NCBI RefSeq assembly: GCF_011386835.1
Contig: NC_088802.1
Coordinates: 9,176,001 to 9,240,000, forward strand
Direction: 5' to 3'
Length of the DNA stretch: 64,000 bases
Source: Chrysemys picta bellii
Lineage: Eukaryota
This document shows, piece by piece, positions 23,190 to 35,049 of this stretch (its first letter is position 1; each line of letters opens with the position of its first letter). Both the position numbers and the translations under genes were made by a program. The notes below the pieces were generated by a model that was not told the origin of the DNA, ran no database searches, and saw nothing but the letters and a program-made list of their open reading frames with translations.

Positions 23190-23390
23190 AAGGACAGAAA
23201 ACTTTTTAATGGCCCTCGTGGGCCCGCCACGGGGCTCATCAGAGGATGTGTCACAAATAGCAAGTGTCTCTGATGAGATGCAGTGTCCCCTGTCGCCACC
23301 CTACCCCCGACCCAGCCGGGAGCAGGAGCCGAGACGCTAACGACGCATTCTGGCACCTAACGAGGAGCGCTGGGATGCCGACGCTCCCCA
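23190..23390. promoter_or_regulatory. Candidate OR enhancer/promoter block upstream of OR 29784
   Basis: AACTTTTTAATGG at 23200-23212 plus TAACGA motifs; homologous to 35050-35250. Confidence 0.5.
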
Positions 23391-23963
23391 CCTTGGCCTT
23401 GTCTCCGCAGGGCAAACTCGGCACCGAGCCACTCCCGATCTCTCCTCTGTCTCAGGCAGGGGCTGGCTCTCTCTAAGCAGAAGCACCCCAGCGTCCTGGG
23501 AGGGGACAGAGTAGCGAGTCCAGTGTCACCCCAGTGGGGCTCACCGGAGGGAGAGAATGCCTGCCCTGGATTGAAACAAGGGGCGTTCAGGGCCAGCGTG
23601 CTGCCCTCCTGCCTGTGGCAAACAGATCGCCGGCCAGTCAGTCCAGTACGTCACACCCCTCTGCTCCAGATCAGTGACCAGCTGGTCCTCCGGCCCATAC
23701 CCTAAAACATCTAGTCCATGTCCCAGATCCCTCCATACTGGCTCAGACCCTGGGCCTATGTACTCCAGCATCCCACCTCCCCCCATTGTCCCCATAAATC
23801 CATAGCCTCACGGACCCTGTCCCCATAATAACGAACAGTCATTTTGCTTCCCCACTGCAGATGTTAGAGCACTTTACAAAGAAGGGGGAATGGCGTCTCC
23901 GAGGGGAGCGGCAGGGCCAGGCACAGAGCCCTGATCTCCAGCCGGACACCCTACCCACGAGAC

Positions 23964-24260
23964 CAGGGGTAGGCAACCTATGGCATGCGTGCCAAAGGCG
24001 GCACGCGAGCTGATTTTCAGTGGCACTCACACTGCCCGGGTCCTGGCCACCGGTCTGGGGAGCTCTGCATTTTAATTTAATTTTAAACATTTTAAAAACC
24101 TTATTTACTTTACATACAACAATAGTTTAGTTCTACATTATAGACTTATAGAAAGAGACCTTCTAAAAATTTTAAAATGTATTACTGGCACACAAAACCT
24201 TAAATTCGAGTGAATAAATGAAGACTCGGCACACCACTTCTGAAAGGTTGCCGACCCCTG
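23964..24260. mobile_element. hAT (Charlie-like) MITE
   Basis: CAGGGGTAGGCAACC...GGTTGCCGACCCCTG; same family as the split element at 31666-33588, in opposite orientation. Confidence 0.85.
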
Positions 24261-25959
24261 ACCTAGACCATGCTGCCTGGCCAGAGGGAGAGGCCTCCTG
24301 AACTCCATTCAGTGGCTCAGTGTTCACAGTTTCTGGGGACCCCGTACACATTCCTCTCCCGCTTTGTCGGGAGGGCTGGTGATTTTCCGACACTCGGAGG
24401 TGGTCCTCATAGTTCCCCTCGGTGGTTAGTGAAGGGAAAGCTGGGAGCGTGGGTACTGCAACAAAGAGATGCCCTGACTTGAAGGACCGATCGGGATCAA
24501 TAGTAGAGTAATGAACACATCCCATGAGTCCCGACACATAGGTCACCTCCTCCCTTGCTCTAACCCCCTGGACCCCTCTCCGCTCCCAGCAATAGGGATA
24601 GAACCCAGGAGTCTGGGCTACCAGCTCCTCCTCCTCTAACCCACTAGACCCAACTCCCCTCCCAGTGACAGGGAGAGAGCCCAGGAGTCCGGGCTCCCAG
24701 CTCTGACTGCCAGACTGCCCCACCGTGCTCTGCTTTCAGCGCATTCTGAGAACTGTCCTGGCTCGACTCACTCCCCCACTTAAAGGGACAATCTCTGCTC
24801 CAGGGTTCTGCGGGCCGCAGGGCCTGGACTGCATTCACACTCCCAGAGACAAGCCCTGGGGCCGAGCGGAGCCGTTGGCGCAGACGGGGCCATGTCCTAA
24901 AGGGAGGGGAGTGATCCTGGTGGCGGGGGGAGGGGGGGATAGTGGTCACTTCCCCAGCACCCGTCTCCCCATGTTGTCTCTCACGGCCCCTTTGGGGCAT
25001 GGGGTCCCTGGGGCTCTACAGACATCGCCAGTCGAGTCCCAGCCCTTTGGGGAGGCTGCAGGGAGGCCTCCCCCCTCCTGATTCCGATGCCCATAAAAGA
25101 CCTAAGTGTCTCCCCCCCTAACGGCCCTAGAGTCGGGGACGGGCTCCTTAGCTGTGCAGGGAGGAGCCTTGACAGGGCTGCGCCAAGGAGCTACGCCAGC
25201 CCAGGCAAATGGAGATATCATCCCCATGAGCCCAGAGCCACCACCATGGCGGGGTTAGGGCAGCGATCAGGGACAGAAGCTGTGGAGCCATCCCTCCTAC
25301 CAGCCTCTCGCCGTCTTATTCCCTCCAGCATTCTGCCACTTTCTCCTGCTCTGTCTCCCTCCGTTCGTCCGTCTCTCCCCCTCCACATCCTTCCACTCCA
25401 CCGTCTCTCTGCATCTCTCTCTGCTTTTCCTGCCGGCTACTTCTCTGCTTATCCACCCTTCTCTGTATCCTTCTATCCATTCTCTTCTCCCTCTCTTTCT
25501 CTATATCCATCTCTCTCTCTCTCTGTCTCTTCCTCTCTTTCCCTGCCCGTCCACATCTAGCATCCATCGCTCCAGCCACAATAAGTGTGTGTGTGTGTGT
25601 GCGTCTCCCTCTCCCCAGGTCTCTCCCCCAGCCCTCTCTGGGGTTTCTCTTGCTCCATCACTGTGATGTCTGGGTTCCTAGGAGCCCCTTCCAGCTGAGA
25701 CAGGCTCAGGGCAGATGTGCTGGGGGAGTCTTTCCTTCCTCCAGGTCCCTCGTTCACACACCAAGTGGCCCTGGCTTCTGGGATGGGGCGGGGGCAGCCC
25801 GTGATCCTGCGACCCCTGCTCTGAGCATCCAGTTTGCCCCATTCCCCTCCTCTTGAGACCCCCCAGGGCCTCAGCAGCATGTGGGGCAACCCCCTGCAGC
25901 CTCTGCACTTCCAGAGCTAGACGCGGACAGTGCTGCCCCATAGCAGGGGGACGGGGTTA

Positions 25960-26153
25960 GCTGGGCCCACTTAGACATTCAGTGCCAAAGCTTAGACCTG
26001 CCTCATATCCCAGGGCCTCACTGGAGTGGGGGCTCAGCGCAGAGGAGCAGGGACTCCAGACTCTGCCCTGGCATCAGAGCACCTGAGCTGCCCGGAGCTG
26101 CCCGGGCAGGAGGGATCTGGGGAGAACCGAGGTAGAGGTGAGTGAAGGTGAGT
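25960..26153 (+). other. Putative 5' exon of OR 29784, ending at a GTGAGT donor
   Basis: Homologous to 36820-36994 and 54830-55003; ends ..TGA GTG AAG|gtgagt (donor at 26148). 5' boundary unknown. Confidence 0.5.
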
Positions 26154-26534
26154 CCAGGGGGAAGGGGGTTTGAAATAGATGGAATACGGGAAGGGGACAG
26201 GAACCGCAGAATGAATGGAGAGAGAGAGAGACGTTATTGATCAGGGTTAATCTATAATGAGGGGGACGGGTTATGGATGGATTTGGGATAACATGGTGCT
26301 ATACAGATAGATTGATCAGATTTAGTGAAGATCCCCCCACAAATCTGGCTTGGTACAAGCAAGGGCTTGATGATGGTACAGAGACTGTGGCCCCAGTCCT
26401 GCATGTAGATCCACTGGTACCAGTGGCTATGGCTACACAGTGTCTTGCTGGAGGCCAGGGGATTTGCAGATCTCATTGGAAGGCCAGGACTGGTTTTAAT
26501 TTGTAACCCATCCTCGCTGCTTTTCTCCTAAAGT

Positions 26535-26717
26535 ATCAGGGGGTAGCCGTGTTAGTCTGTATCTACAAAAACAACAAGGAGTCTGGTGGCACCTTAAAGA
26601 CTAACAGATTTATTTGGGCATAAGCTTTCGCATCCGAAGAAGTGAGGTTTTTACCCACGAAAGCTTATGCCCAAATAAATCTGTTAGTCTTTAAGGTGCC
26701 ACCAGACTCCTTGTTGG
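26535..26717. mobile_element. Miniature Penelope hairpin insertion
   Basis: Inverted arms of about 60 bp (26571-26630 and 26657-26716); 14-bp direct repeat TTTTCTCCTAAAGT at 26521-26534 and 26718-26731. Confidence 0.88.
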
Positions 26718-27060
26718 TTTTCTCCTAAAGTTTCCTTGCTTTCCTGCTGACTTTCTCTGGGGCACATCCCCAGTGAGTGCAAACTGGAGCTATATTATGC
26801 TTGAACAGAGAAGTCCCCATCTTGATCAGGGCACTTTTTGTGGCAGGCGCTGCACAGACCCACAGCGAGAGACAGTCCTTGCCCCAGCTGAGATCAGGGC
26901 CCCGTTGTGCCGGGCGCTGCACAGACTCACAGTCTGTGCCCCTATGTAGGGAGGCAAGAAAATAAAGAGGGGAGAAATGAAGAATTATTATTCACATTTT
27001 AGAGAATGGGTACAGAGATGAAGTGACTTGTCCAGGGTCACCCAGGCAGCATGTGACAGG

Positions 27061-27183
27061 TAGGGGGACCAGATGTCCTGATTTTCTAGGGACATTCCTG
27101 GTATTTGGGGCTTTGTCTTATATAGGCACCTCTTACCTCCCACCCCCAGCCTGATTTTTCACACTTGCTAGCTGGTCACCCTA
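27061..27183. mobile_element. hAT (Blackjack-like) MITE
   Basis: Reverse-oriented relative of 14773-14896; flanks GTGACAGG and GTAACAGA (6/8). Confidence 0.8.
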
Positions 27184-27516
27184 GTAACAGATCTCCTGGG
27201 CCTTCGTCCACAAGGTCAAGTACATGGACTATCTCTCCCCATCCCCTTTCAACTTCTCACCTTTTGCTCTTTAGACTCTTCCCTTGTCATCATGCCACCA
27301 GTTCTCCCGTCCTCCCAAAGCCATCTCCATTGAGTTAGGGCCTGCAGGTAGATTGAGCAGAGAGCATTGGCTGGGTTCAGTCTTGTTCCCTTTCCTGGAA
27401 GAGCAGTCTCGCTTGAGGCTGTTTTCCCATCACTCCTCCAGTCCTTCCCAGCTCATCCTGACTTTTCAGAAACCAGGGAGCCAGTGCATTTATTAACTGA
27501 CTGCTATCAAATGTCC

Positions 27517-27731
27517 GCCTGGTTGTTGTAGCCGTGTTGGTCCCAGGATATGAGCGAGGCAAGGTGCGGGAGGTGATATCTTTGATTGAACCAACTTCTG
27601 TTGGAGGAAGGGACAAGCTTTCAAGCTTTTCTCCAGACCAGAGGAAGAGTTCTGTGTTGCTCAAAAGCCGGTCCCATCCACCAACAAGAATTGGTCCAAA
27701 ACAAGATATTACCTCATCTACTTTGTCTCTC
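27517..27731. mobile_element. Penelope-like short hairpin fragment of a second family
   Basis: ..aggtgatatctttgattgaaccaacttctgttgg.. and its inverse ..ttggtccaaaacaagatattacctc..; relatives at about 33600-33750 and 61300-61370. Confidence 0.6.
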
Positions 27732-28034
27732 TGCTGTCAAATATGCTGATGAGGTCTTTGTCCATTTCAGCTTTCCCCTACTTTATTTTTCTTGCTAAAA
27801 ACAGTTTTAAAAGAACAGAGCAGATGGTGGAGCCATCTGACCACCATCATGGACATCCTTCTGGCCCTGGTCTGTCTCTCTTCAGATTTCTCTTCTCCTC
27901 CTTTTCTCCCTTCCAAGGTTTATCTGGAGGGATGCCATTATTTATTTGGAGGTATAAAAGACTCAGGAGGTACCTATGCTACTGTCTGGAAGTCCAATAT
28001 GTTTGTAAAATTCTTAGCCCTTTTGGATAACACG

Positions 28035-28111
28035 GATAGAGTTGGAGGAGGGAATACTGGGCTAGATGGACCTTTGGTCTGACCCAGTCTGGCCATTCTT
28101 ATGTTCTTATG
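28035..28111 (+). mobile_element. CR1 3' tail
   Basis: actgggctagatggacctttggtctgacccagtctggccattcttatgttcttatgtt. Confidence 0.8.
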
Positions 28112-28280
28112 TTCCAAATCCACTCTCTGTGCAGGTGCCTCCCTCCTATATCCCCAGCTGGCCTGACCATGCAGGACTCCTGGTGGCCACGTTTGTGTAC
28201 AGATTTGGAATATACTGAATTATTCCCTGGTTTTAGTCACTATTTACTTCTTGTCAACACCTCCTGTGGATCCCAATGTT

Positions 28281-28522
28281 AAGAACATAAGAACAGCCAT
28301 ACTGGGTCAGACCAAAGGTCCATCTAGCCCAGTATCCTGTCTTCCGACAGTGACCATTGCCAGATGCTCCAGAGGGAATGAACAGAACAGGTAATCATTA
28401 AGTGATCCATCCCCTGTCGCCCATTCCCAGCTTCTGGCAAACAGAGCTAAGGTCACCATCCTGCCCATCCTGGCTAATAGCCATTGATGGACCTATACGC
28501 CAGCAACTTACCGAGTTCTTTT
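28281..28522 (-). mobile_element. CR1 3' end
   Basis: taagaacataagaacagccatactgggtcagaccaaaggtccatctagcc.. Confidence 0.85.
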
Positions 28523-28664
28523 TTGTGATGCTCATAAATCCACCATTCCAGCCCCTCCAAATCCTTTCTCAATGTGTATCTAGGCACTTCTGAATCTTCA
28601 CTTCCCCTGGCTGCCCAGGATTCATGAGGACCAAACCAAAATACCTCCTGAAGAACCCATCTGT

Positions 28665-28959
28665 GGGCTGGTCTACACTGAGTGGGGGGATCGATCCAAG
28701 ATGCGCAACTTCAGCTACGCGAATAGCGTAGCTGAAGTCGAAGTATCTTGGATCGAATTACCTGGGGTCCAGACGGCGCGGAATCGACGGCCGCGGCTCC
28801 CCCGTCGACTGCGCTACCGCCGCTCGCTCTGGTGGAGTTCCGGAGTCGACGGTGAGCGCGTTCGGGGATCGATATATCGCGTCTTAATGAGACGCGATAT
28901 ATCGATCCCGGATAAATCGATTGCTACCCGCCGATATGGCGGGTAGTGAAGACGTACCC
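28665..28959. mobile_element. Harbinger-type MITE (295 bp)
   Basis: GGGCTGGTCTACACT...AGTGAAGACGTACCC; 3-bp TSD TGT; TCGA/ATCGAT-rich interior. Confidence 0.85.
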
Positions 28960-29447
28960 TGTGGCACCAATTGTTTGAAAAACCACCATCCCAGTCCCTT
29001 CTGAATGCACTTTCCTTTTGTATAGCTGGCCCCCTGAACAATCATCTGTCTCCACCAGCCAGAACTCCTGGCTATCAAACTGTAGATATACAGCATAGCT
29101 AGCCACTCTCTGTTTTGAGCGGATGAACCATTGCTTCTCTAAAATACTTGCTCTGGATACCACCACTGCCTCCAGTGCGACCTGGGAGCCCACTGCTGTT
29201 ACCACTACTCACAAACCCGTCATTCCAGCCTCTCGCCAATCTACTCTCTCCACTAGCCCCAGGATTCATGGTTCCCAAATGAAATTCCCTACTGTTAAAA
29301 CAGATGGTTCCTAATCCACCATCCTCATCTCGCCCCAATCCATTCTCTTAGTATTTGCCGAATCCCCAAATCCTCATTTCCCCCTGACCAGCCTGGAGTC
29401 ATAGAGACAAGTCTCTCTTACAGCTTTGGAACATGCCTAAGTTACGA

Positions 29448-29553
29448 GGCCAGGTCTACACTGCAAACTTTTGCTGGTATAGTAATGTCAGTTACGGGGA
29501 GTGATTTTTAGCGACATTTCTATACTGGCAAAAGCCCTAGTGTAAACACAGTC
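29448..29553. mobile_element. Short Harbinger-type MITE
   Basis: GGCCAGGTCTACACT...AGTGTAAACACAGTC ends. Confidence 0.55.
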
Positions 29554-29783
29554 AGAGCAGCATAAAAGTGTATCACCCTGCTGGCACCAATGCTAACATA
29601 GATCTCACTACTGCTACCAATACTCACAAACCTACCATCCCAGCCCTTCCCATATCTACTCAATCAGTGTAAATAGCTGTCTACCCCTTCCAGGATTCAC
29701 GGTCACCATCCCAAAACACCCACTTCTGTTCCCACTCCTATGATCAATTATTACAAATCTCCTTAATGCAGGTTATTTTCCAG

Positions 29784-30740
29784 ATGGGTTACAGCGAAGT
29801 GGCCTGGGAAGAGGGAAACCAAAGCTCCTTGGGGGAATTCATCCTGCTAGGGGTGTCTGACCGGCCGCAATTGGAGCTGCTGCTTTTTGTGCTCATCTTA
29901 ATCTTCTATGTCATGACACTGCTGGGAAACACCACCATCATCGTGGTCTCATGGCTGGACCCCTGTCTCCACACGCCCATGTATTTCTTCCTCAGCAACC
30001 TCTCTTTCCTGGACCTTTGCTTCACTACCAGTCTTGGCCCCCAGATGCTGGTGAACTTCTGCAGCGCCCGCAAGTCCATCCCTTGGGCCGGCTGCATGGC
30101 CCAGCTCTACATCTCCCTCTCGCTGGGCTCCACCGAGTGCCTCCTGCTGGCCATCATGGCCTACGACCGCTACGTCGCCGTCTGCCAGCCGCTGCGCTAC
30201 ACGGCCATCATGAGCCGCCGCCTCTGCCTGCAGATGATGGTTACCGCCTGGCTGAGCGGCTTCGGCAACGGACTGGTGAAGATAGTGCTGATTCTGCGGC
30301 TGCCCTGGTGTGGGAGGAATCAGATCAACCACTTCTTCTGCGAGGTGCCGGCCCTGCTCAAGCTGGCCTGCACCGACACCTCCACCAACATGGCCGAGCT
30401 CCTCGCCAGCGCTGTGTTTTTATTGCTGCTGCCGCTGGGCCTCATCCTGGTTTCCTACGGCTACATCGGCACCGCCGTGCTGAGGATGCGTTCAGCCGAG
30501 GGCAGGCGCAAGGCCTTCAACACCTGCACCTCCCACCTGGCCGTGGTGTCGCTTTTGTACGGCACGGCCATCTACATGTACCTGCTGCCCTCGTCCCAGG
30601 ACCAGGGCAAGTTCGTCTCACTCTTCTACACCATGGTGACCCCCATGCTCAACCCCTTGATCTACACACTGAGGAACAAGGAGGTGCACGGGGCCCTGCG
30701 GAGAGTGCTGGGGAGGAACCCGACCTCTCAGGGGACCTGA
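29784..30740 (+). CDS. Olfactory receptor, class II, family-2-like, 318 aa, intact
   Basis: NQS glycosylation site; [13 protein letters not shown]; [15 protein letters not shown]; HFFCE; [10 protein letters not shown]; [18 protein letters not shown] directly follows an acceptor (ttattttccAG|ATG); another in-frame ATG at 29766. Confidence 0.95.
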   Translation: MGYSEVAWEEGNQSSLGEFILLGVSDRPQLELLLFVLILIFYVMTLLGNTTIIVVSWLDPCLHTPMYFFLSNLSFLDLCFTTSLGPQMLVNFCSARKSIPWAGCMAQLYISLSLGSTECLLLAIMAYDRYVAVCQPLRYTAIMSRRLCLQMMVTAWLSGFGNGLVKIVLILRLPWCGRNQINHFFCEVPALLKLACTDTSTNMAELLASAVFLLLLPLGLILVSYGYIGTAVLRMRSAEGRRKAFNTCTSHLAVVSLLYGTAIYMYLLPSSQDQGKFVSLFYTMVTPMLNPLIYTLRNKEVHGALRRVLGRNPTSQGT

Positions 30741-30933
30741 TCTGGGGTCGCAGTTGGGCATGGAATCATCTGTGTCTCCCTTGGGTTCTGTAGCATCTTC
30801 CGTGCCCACATGGACCTCTCTGCTCTCTGCCCACTTCCACTTTTCCCAACTCTCCTGCCTTCTCCCACCCCAAAGAAACAACCTGCCCTCCCCAATCCAT
30901 ACAAGTCCTCTGCCCTCCTCCAACCCTGCTCTT

Positions 30934-31203
30934 GGGGCACGTCTACACTTACAACACTGCATCATCACAGCTGTACTGCTTTGATGAAGACTCTCTACGC
31001 CAACAGGAGAGAGCACTCGCATCGGTGTAGTTAACCCACCTCCCTGAGAGTTGGTAGCTATGTTGATAGAAGCTCTCCTCCCGACATAACACTGTCTATG
31101 GGGGGGTTAGGTTGGCATAACTGTGTCACTCAAGGGTGTGGATTTTTTCACCTCCCTGAGTGATGTAGTTATACCGATATAGGTCTGTAGTGTAGACCAG
31201 GCT
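30934..31203. mobile_element. Harbinger-type MITE
   Basis: GGGCACGTCTACACT...AGTGTAGACCAGGC termini. Confidence 0.75.
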
Positions 31204-31792
31204 TTGGAGTTCTGAGGTTACACCGGAATATCAGCTTTCATGAAAAATAAAACATTTCTTACCCCCATGGTTGGGTACTACCCCTGGAAAAGATGACCCC
31301 ATAGCTAGAGAGGAAGACAAGCTAGCCCTTCCTCCGCTCGGGTCTCTGCTCCTCTGGAGGCCTAGAAACTGCGTCAAAGTGGTTACCCAAAATCACCAGT
31401 CACTTTTGTAAATCTTGGTCTGCGCGTCTCGGCTGAGGGAGTTGCTTTTTTGGCTCAATCTTCCCTCTATGCTCTGATGTCTCTGGGTTGAATTGGCCGT
31501 CCCTGACTTTGCTCTGTAGTGGTGGATCTCACCTCTCCCACCTGAAGGCTGACTGCCTGAGTTAATAACTATGCCCCAGCTACCTTTCATTCTCTGGGCT
31601 CTCTGCATTGACTGACATTTAGATAGCTCGACCTGCAGGCTAAGGGGCTAGATATACAGATAGAACAGAGGTCGGCAACCTTTCAGAAGTGGTGTGCCGA
31701 GTCTTCATTTATTCACTCTGATGTAAGGTTTCGCGTGCCAGTAATACATTTTAACGGTTTTAGAAGGTCTCTTTCTATACGTCTATAATATA

Positions 31793-33399
31793 TGAAGGGT
31801 TAAAATCCATGTGCATGTTATATAAGAACCTGGTATATGAATTATGCCAGCCACACATACAGAGGGCATAAACAGGTGGGAGTTGTCTTACCAACTCTGA
31901 GAGGCCAATTAATTAAGAGCAAAAAAAGCATAAACAGGTGGGAGTTGTCTTACCAACTCTGAGAGGCCAATTAATTAAGAGCAAAAAAACTTTTTTTCAT
32001 GAGGTTGATGGATTTCCATTCCATACGGCTAAATGCAGTGCCTTGCATAATGACAGGTTTCAGAGTAGCAGCCGTGTTAGTCTGTATCCGCAAAAAGAAG
32101 AACAGGAGGACTTGTGGCACCTTAGAGACTAACAAATTTATTAGAGCATAAGCTTTCATCAACCTCATGAAAAAACTCGTACAGATACAGACAGACATCA
32201 TCTTCCTTTCCAAATGCAAGCAGATGGACATCATACCAAAAGGACTAAAGGTAAAAAATCCATTACAATACACAAATCTGACATCAGGAATCAAAATACT
32301 CAAAAACCAGTGGGAGAACACTTTAACCTGTCTGGTCATTCAGTGACAGACCTGCGGGTGGCTATATTACAACAGAAAAACTTCAAAAACAGACTCCAAC
32401 GAGAGACTGCTGAGCTAGAATTGATATGCAAACTAGACACAATCAACTCCGGTTTGAATAAGGACTGGGAATGGCGGAGCCATTACAAACATTGAATCTA
32501 TCTCCCCTTGTAAGTATTCTCACAATTCTTAACTGTCTGTACTGGGCTAGCTTGATTATCACTTCAAAAGTTTTTTTTTCTTAATTAATTGGCCTCTCAG
32601 AGTTGGTAAGACAACTCCCACCTGTTTATGCTCTCTGTATGTGTGTATATATATATCTCCTCAATATATGTTCCATTCTATATGCATCCGAAGAAGTGGG
32701 CTGTAGTCCACGAAAGCTTATGCTCTAATAAATTTGTTAGTCTCTAAGGTGCCACAAGTACTCCTGAATAATTATGTTTCATCCAATGTTTCAAATTGAA
32801 CAAAGAATTCCTGTTCCTATTGTGTTTTTCCTGAAGGGAAAACAGTCTTCCCACAGATCCAACCTTGAGTTTATGAAATGTTGGCACATGTCATTATAAT
32901 GATATGGCATCCTTCCACCTCCCTTCCAAGGGACCAAGGCCCTGCCTTAAGACATAAAGGAGACAATCTCTATTTCCATATGCTTTCACTGTTTCTTTGC
33001 TTTAACCCCTAGGAATGTATCTGGTGGACAATCAAAGGAGTTGCTCCATTCCTGTGGACCCCAAAATCAGAATTCAACATATATATTTTATACTAATAAC
33101 ATTTTATCAAAGTATTAATCAAATGTTAATTTGCTAACTTGAGACTATGGGCGGAGACATTGTGTAACCTTTTAACCATTGGCTATTGTGCTATCTTGTC
33201 TTGCTGCAAAACCTATCCCGGGGTGTGGAAACTGCCTACCCCGTCACTTTCCCCCGCCCATGGAAAATCTATATATTTCATTGTAATCAATTGATTGACA
33301 GTGTCTCTGAGCTTAATAAGCCAAGTGACACACCGCCAGCGCTGTGTGTAATAAACCCCTATGCTTTGACCTCTACACGGTGTGGATTTATGTCCTTCA
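31793..33399. mobile_element. Solo LTR
   Basis: TGAAGG...CCTTCA termini; 5-bp TSD ATATA at 31788-31792 and 33400-33404. Confidence 0.8.
31852..32766 (+). mobile_element. Rearranged Penelope-like element
   Basis: ORF N-terminus (INLMKKLVQIQTDIIFLSKCKQMDIIPKGLKVKNPL) joined out of frame to the GIY-YIG C-terminus (HKSDIRN..KPVGEHFNL..RLQRETAELELICKLDT); inverted 5' segment and a 60-bp tandem duplication at 31868-31988. Confidence 0.85.
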
Positions 33400-33931
33400 A
33401 TATATAACTAAACTATTGTTGTATGTAAAGTAAATAAGGTTTTTCAAATGTTTAAGAAGCTTCATTTAAAATTAAATTAAAATGCAGAGCCCCCCGGCCC
33501 GGTGGGCAGGACCTGGGCAGTGTGAGTGCCACTGAAAATCAGCTCACGTGCCGCCTTCGGTACGCGTGCCAGAGGTTGCCTACTCCTGAGATAGAGGTTA
33601 GAGAGGCGGGGCCGGTGAGGCAATAACTTTTATTGGACCAACTTCTGTTGGTGAGAGAGACAAGCTGTCGAACTACATGAAGAAGTTGGTCCCGTAAAAG
33701 ATATTACCTCCCCCACCTTGTGTCTTTAATATCCTGTGACCAACATGGCTACAACAACCCTGCAATAGATAGATAGATAAATAGATGAGGTGTGTGGGGA
33801 TAGATAGATAGATAGATAGCATTAGGATTTAAACAGATAGGTAGTGACTTCATTTATTTTTAAGTTTGGAAAGTGCCCAGTTATCTGCCCAGCACAGACA
33901 CCTAAACGGAACAGAATGCTAAGATATAGAC

Positions 33932-34565
33932 CAGCATTTTTCAAACTGGGGGTCCCGACCCAAAAGGGGGGCACAAGGCTATTGTAGGGGGGTCATGAGA
34001 TCCCCTTTTTCCTTGCTTTAAGACGCGGGCAGCTGGAGAGAGGCAGCTCTGGCCGGCTGCCCAGCTCTGAAGGCAGCACCACCACCAGCAGCAGGTCAGA
34101 AATAAGGGTACGTCTACACTACCTGCCGGATTGGTGGGTAGCGATCGATCTATCGGGGATCGATTTATCGCATGTAGTGTAGACGCGATAAATCGATCTC
34201 CGATTGCTCTCCCGTCGACTGCTGAACTCCAGCTCGGCGAGAGTTGGAAGCAAAGTTGACGGGGGAGCCGCGGCCGTCGATCCCGCGCCACGAGGACGCG
34301 AACTAAGGAATTCTAAGTCGATCTAAGATACGTCGACTTCAGCTACGCTATTCTCGTAGCTAAGTTGCGTATCTTAGATTGATCCCCTGCCCTCCACCCC
34401 CGAGACCAGGCCTAAGAATGGAGTACGGTTACTTAGCTCTGGAGGGATCTGCACTGATGTTGGGAAAGCGATGTCTGGTACCAAGTGTGTATGTGTGTGG
34501 GGGGGTCATCACAGCCTGAAATATTTTCAAAGAGGGGCCCAGCAAAACAAGTTTGAGAATCCCTG
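33932..34565. mobile_element. hAT (Charlie-like) element containing a Harbinger MITE
   Basis: CAGCATTTTTCAAACT...AGTTTGAGAATCCCTG; flanks ATATAGAC and ATATAAAC. Confidence 0.7.
34106..34412. mobile_element. Harbinger-type MITE with TAA TSD
   Basis: GGGTACGTCTACACT start; TAA at 34103-34105 and 34413-34415; empty site with a single TAA at 61688-61690 in the paralogous copy. Confidence 0.88.
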
Positions 34566-35049
34566 ATATAAACACATGTCTCAGCCAGTCCCCTCGACTT
34601 GGGGCTGGGCCGGAGCCCTCTAGAGGAAAAAAGGCCCCATATCCCATCCCTAGATCATGGCTGAGCTCATGGTTTTGAAAACATCTGGGCATGAGGAGAT
34701 TCAGCACTCCTGACTGATGGTTTTATCCCTGATTTACACTGGAGGTGAGGGAGGAAAAGTTCAGTGGCACAGAACAGCGTGACCGTGTTTCTGTAGAGGT
34801 GTCATTCCCTAAGGTGTAAGTGAATCACGGACTGACAGGGGTTAGTAAGACATTTCTCTGCTGTCCATGAGGCGAGTATTGACACGTCCCCTGAAGCTTC
34901 AGCGTTGGAGGGGGGCTGGAAGGACCTGGGTGGGATCCAGCCTGTGGACTGGTATGTTCCTGTTAGATGTCTTTGTGCTGCGCTCCTCCCCAGCATGTGG
35001 AACACACCCTGAGGTTGGGTCTCTCTTGACGCCCTTTGATTGACTTCTC

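Larger units (their letters stand above)
31666..33588. mobile_element. hAT MITE interrupted by a solo LTR, which itself contains a Penelope insertion
   Basis: CAGAGGTCGGCAACC...GGTTGCCTACTCCTG; flanks AGATAGAA and AGATAGAG (7/8); the two halves rejoin to match 23964-24260. Confidence 0.85.

Noticed and set aside
25240-25260. Perfect Kozak GCCACCACCATGG upstream of OR 29784
   Set aside because: Not conserved in the homologous blocks and leads into low-complexity sequence.
29906-30793. Antisense and +1-frame ORFs over ORs (also at 38988-39589 and 57626-58227)
   Set aside because: Codon-bias shadows of the OR coding sequences.
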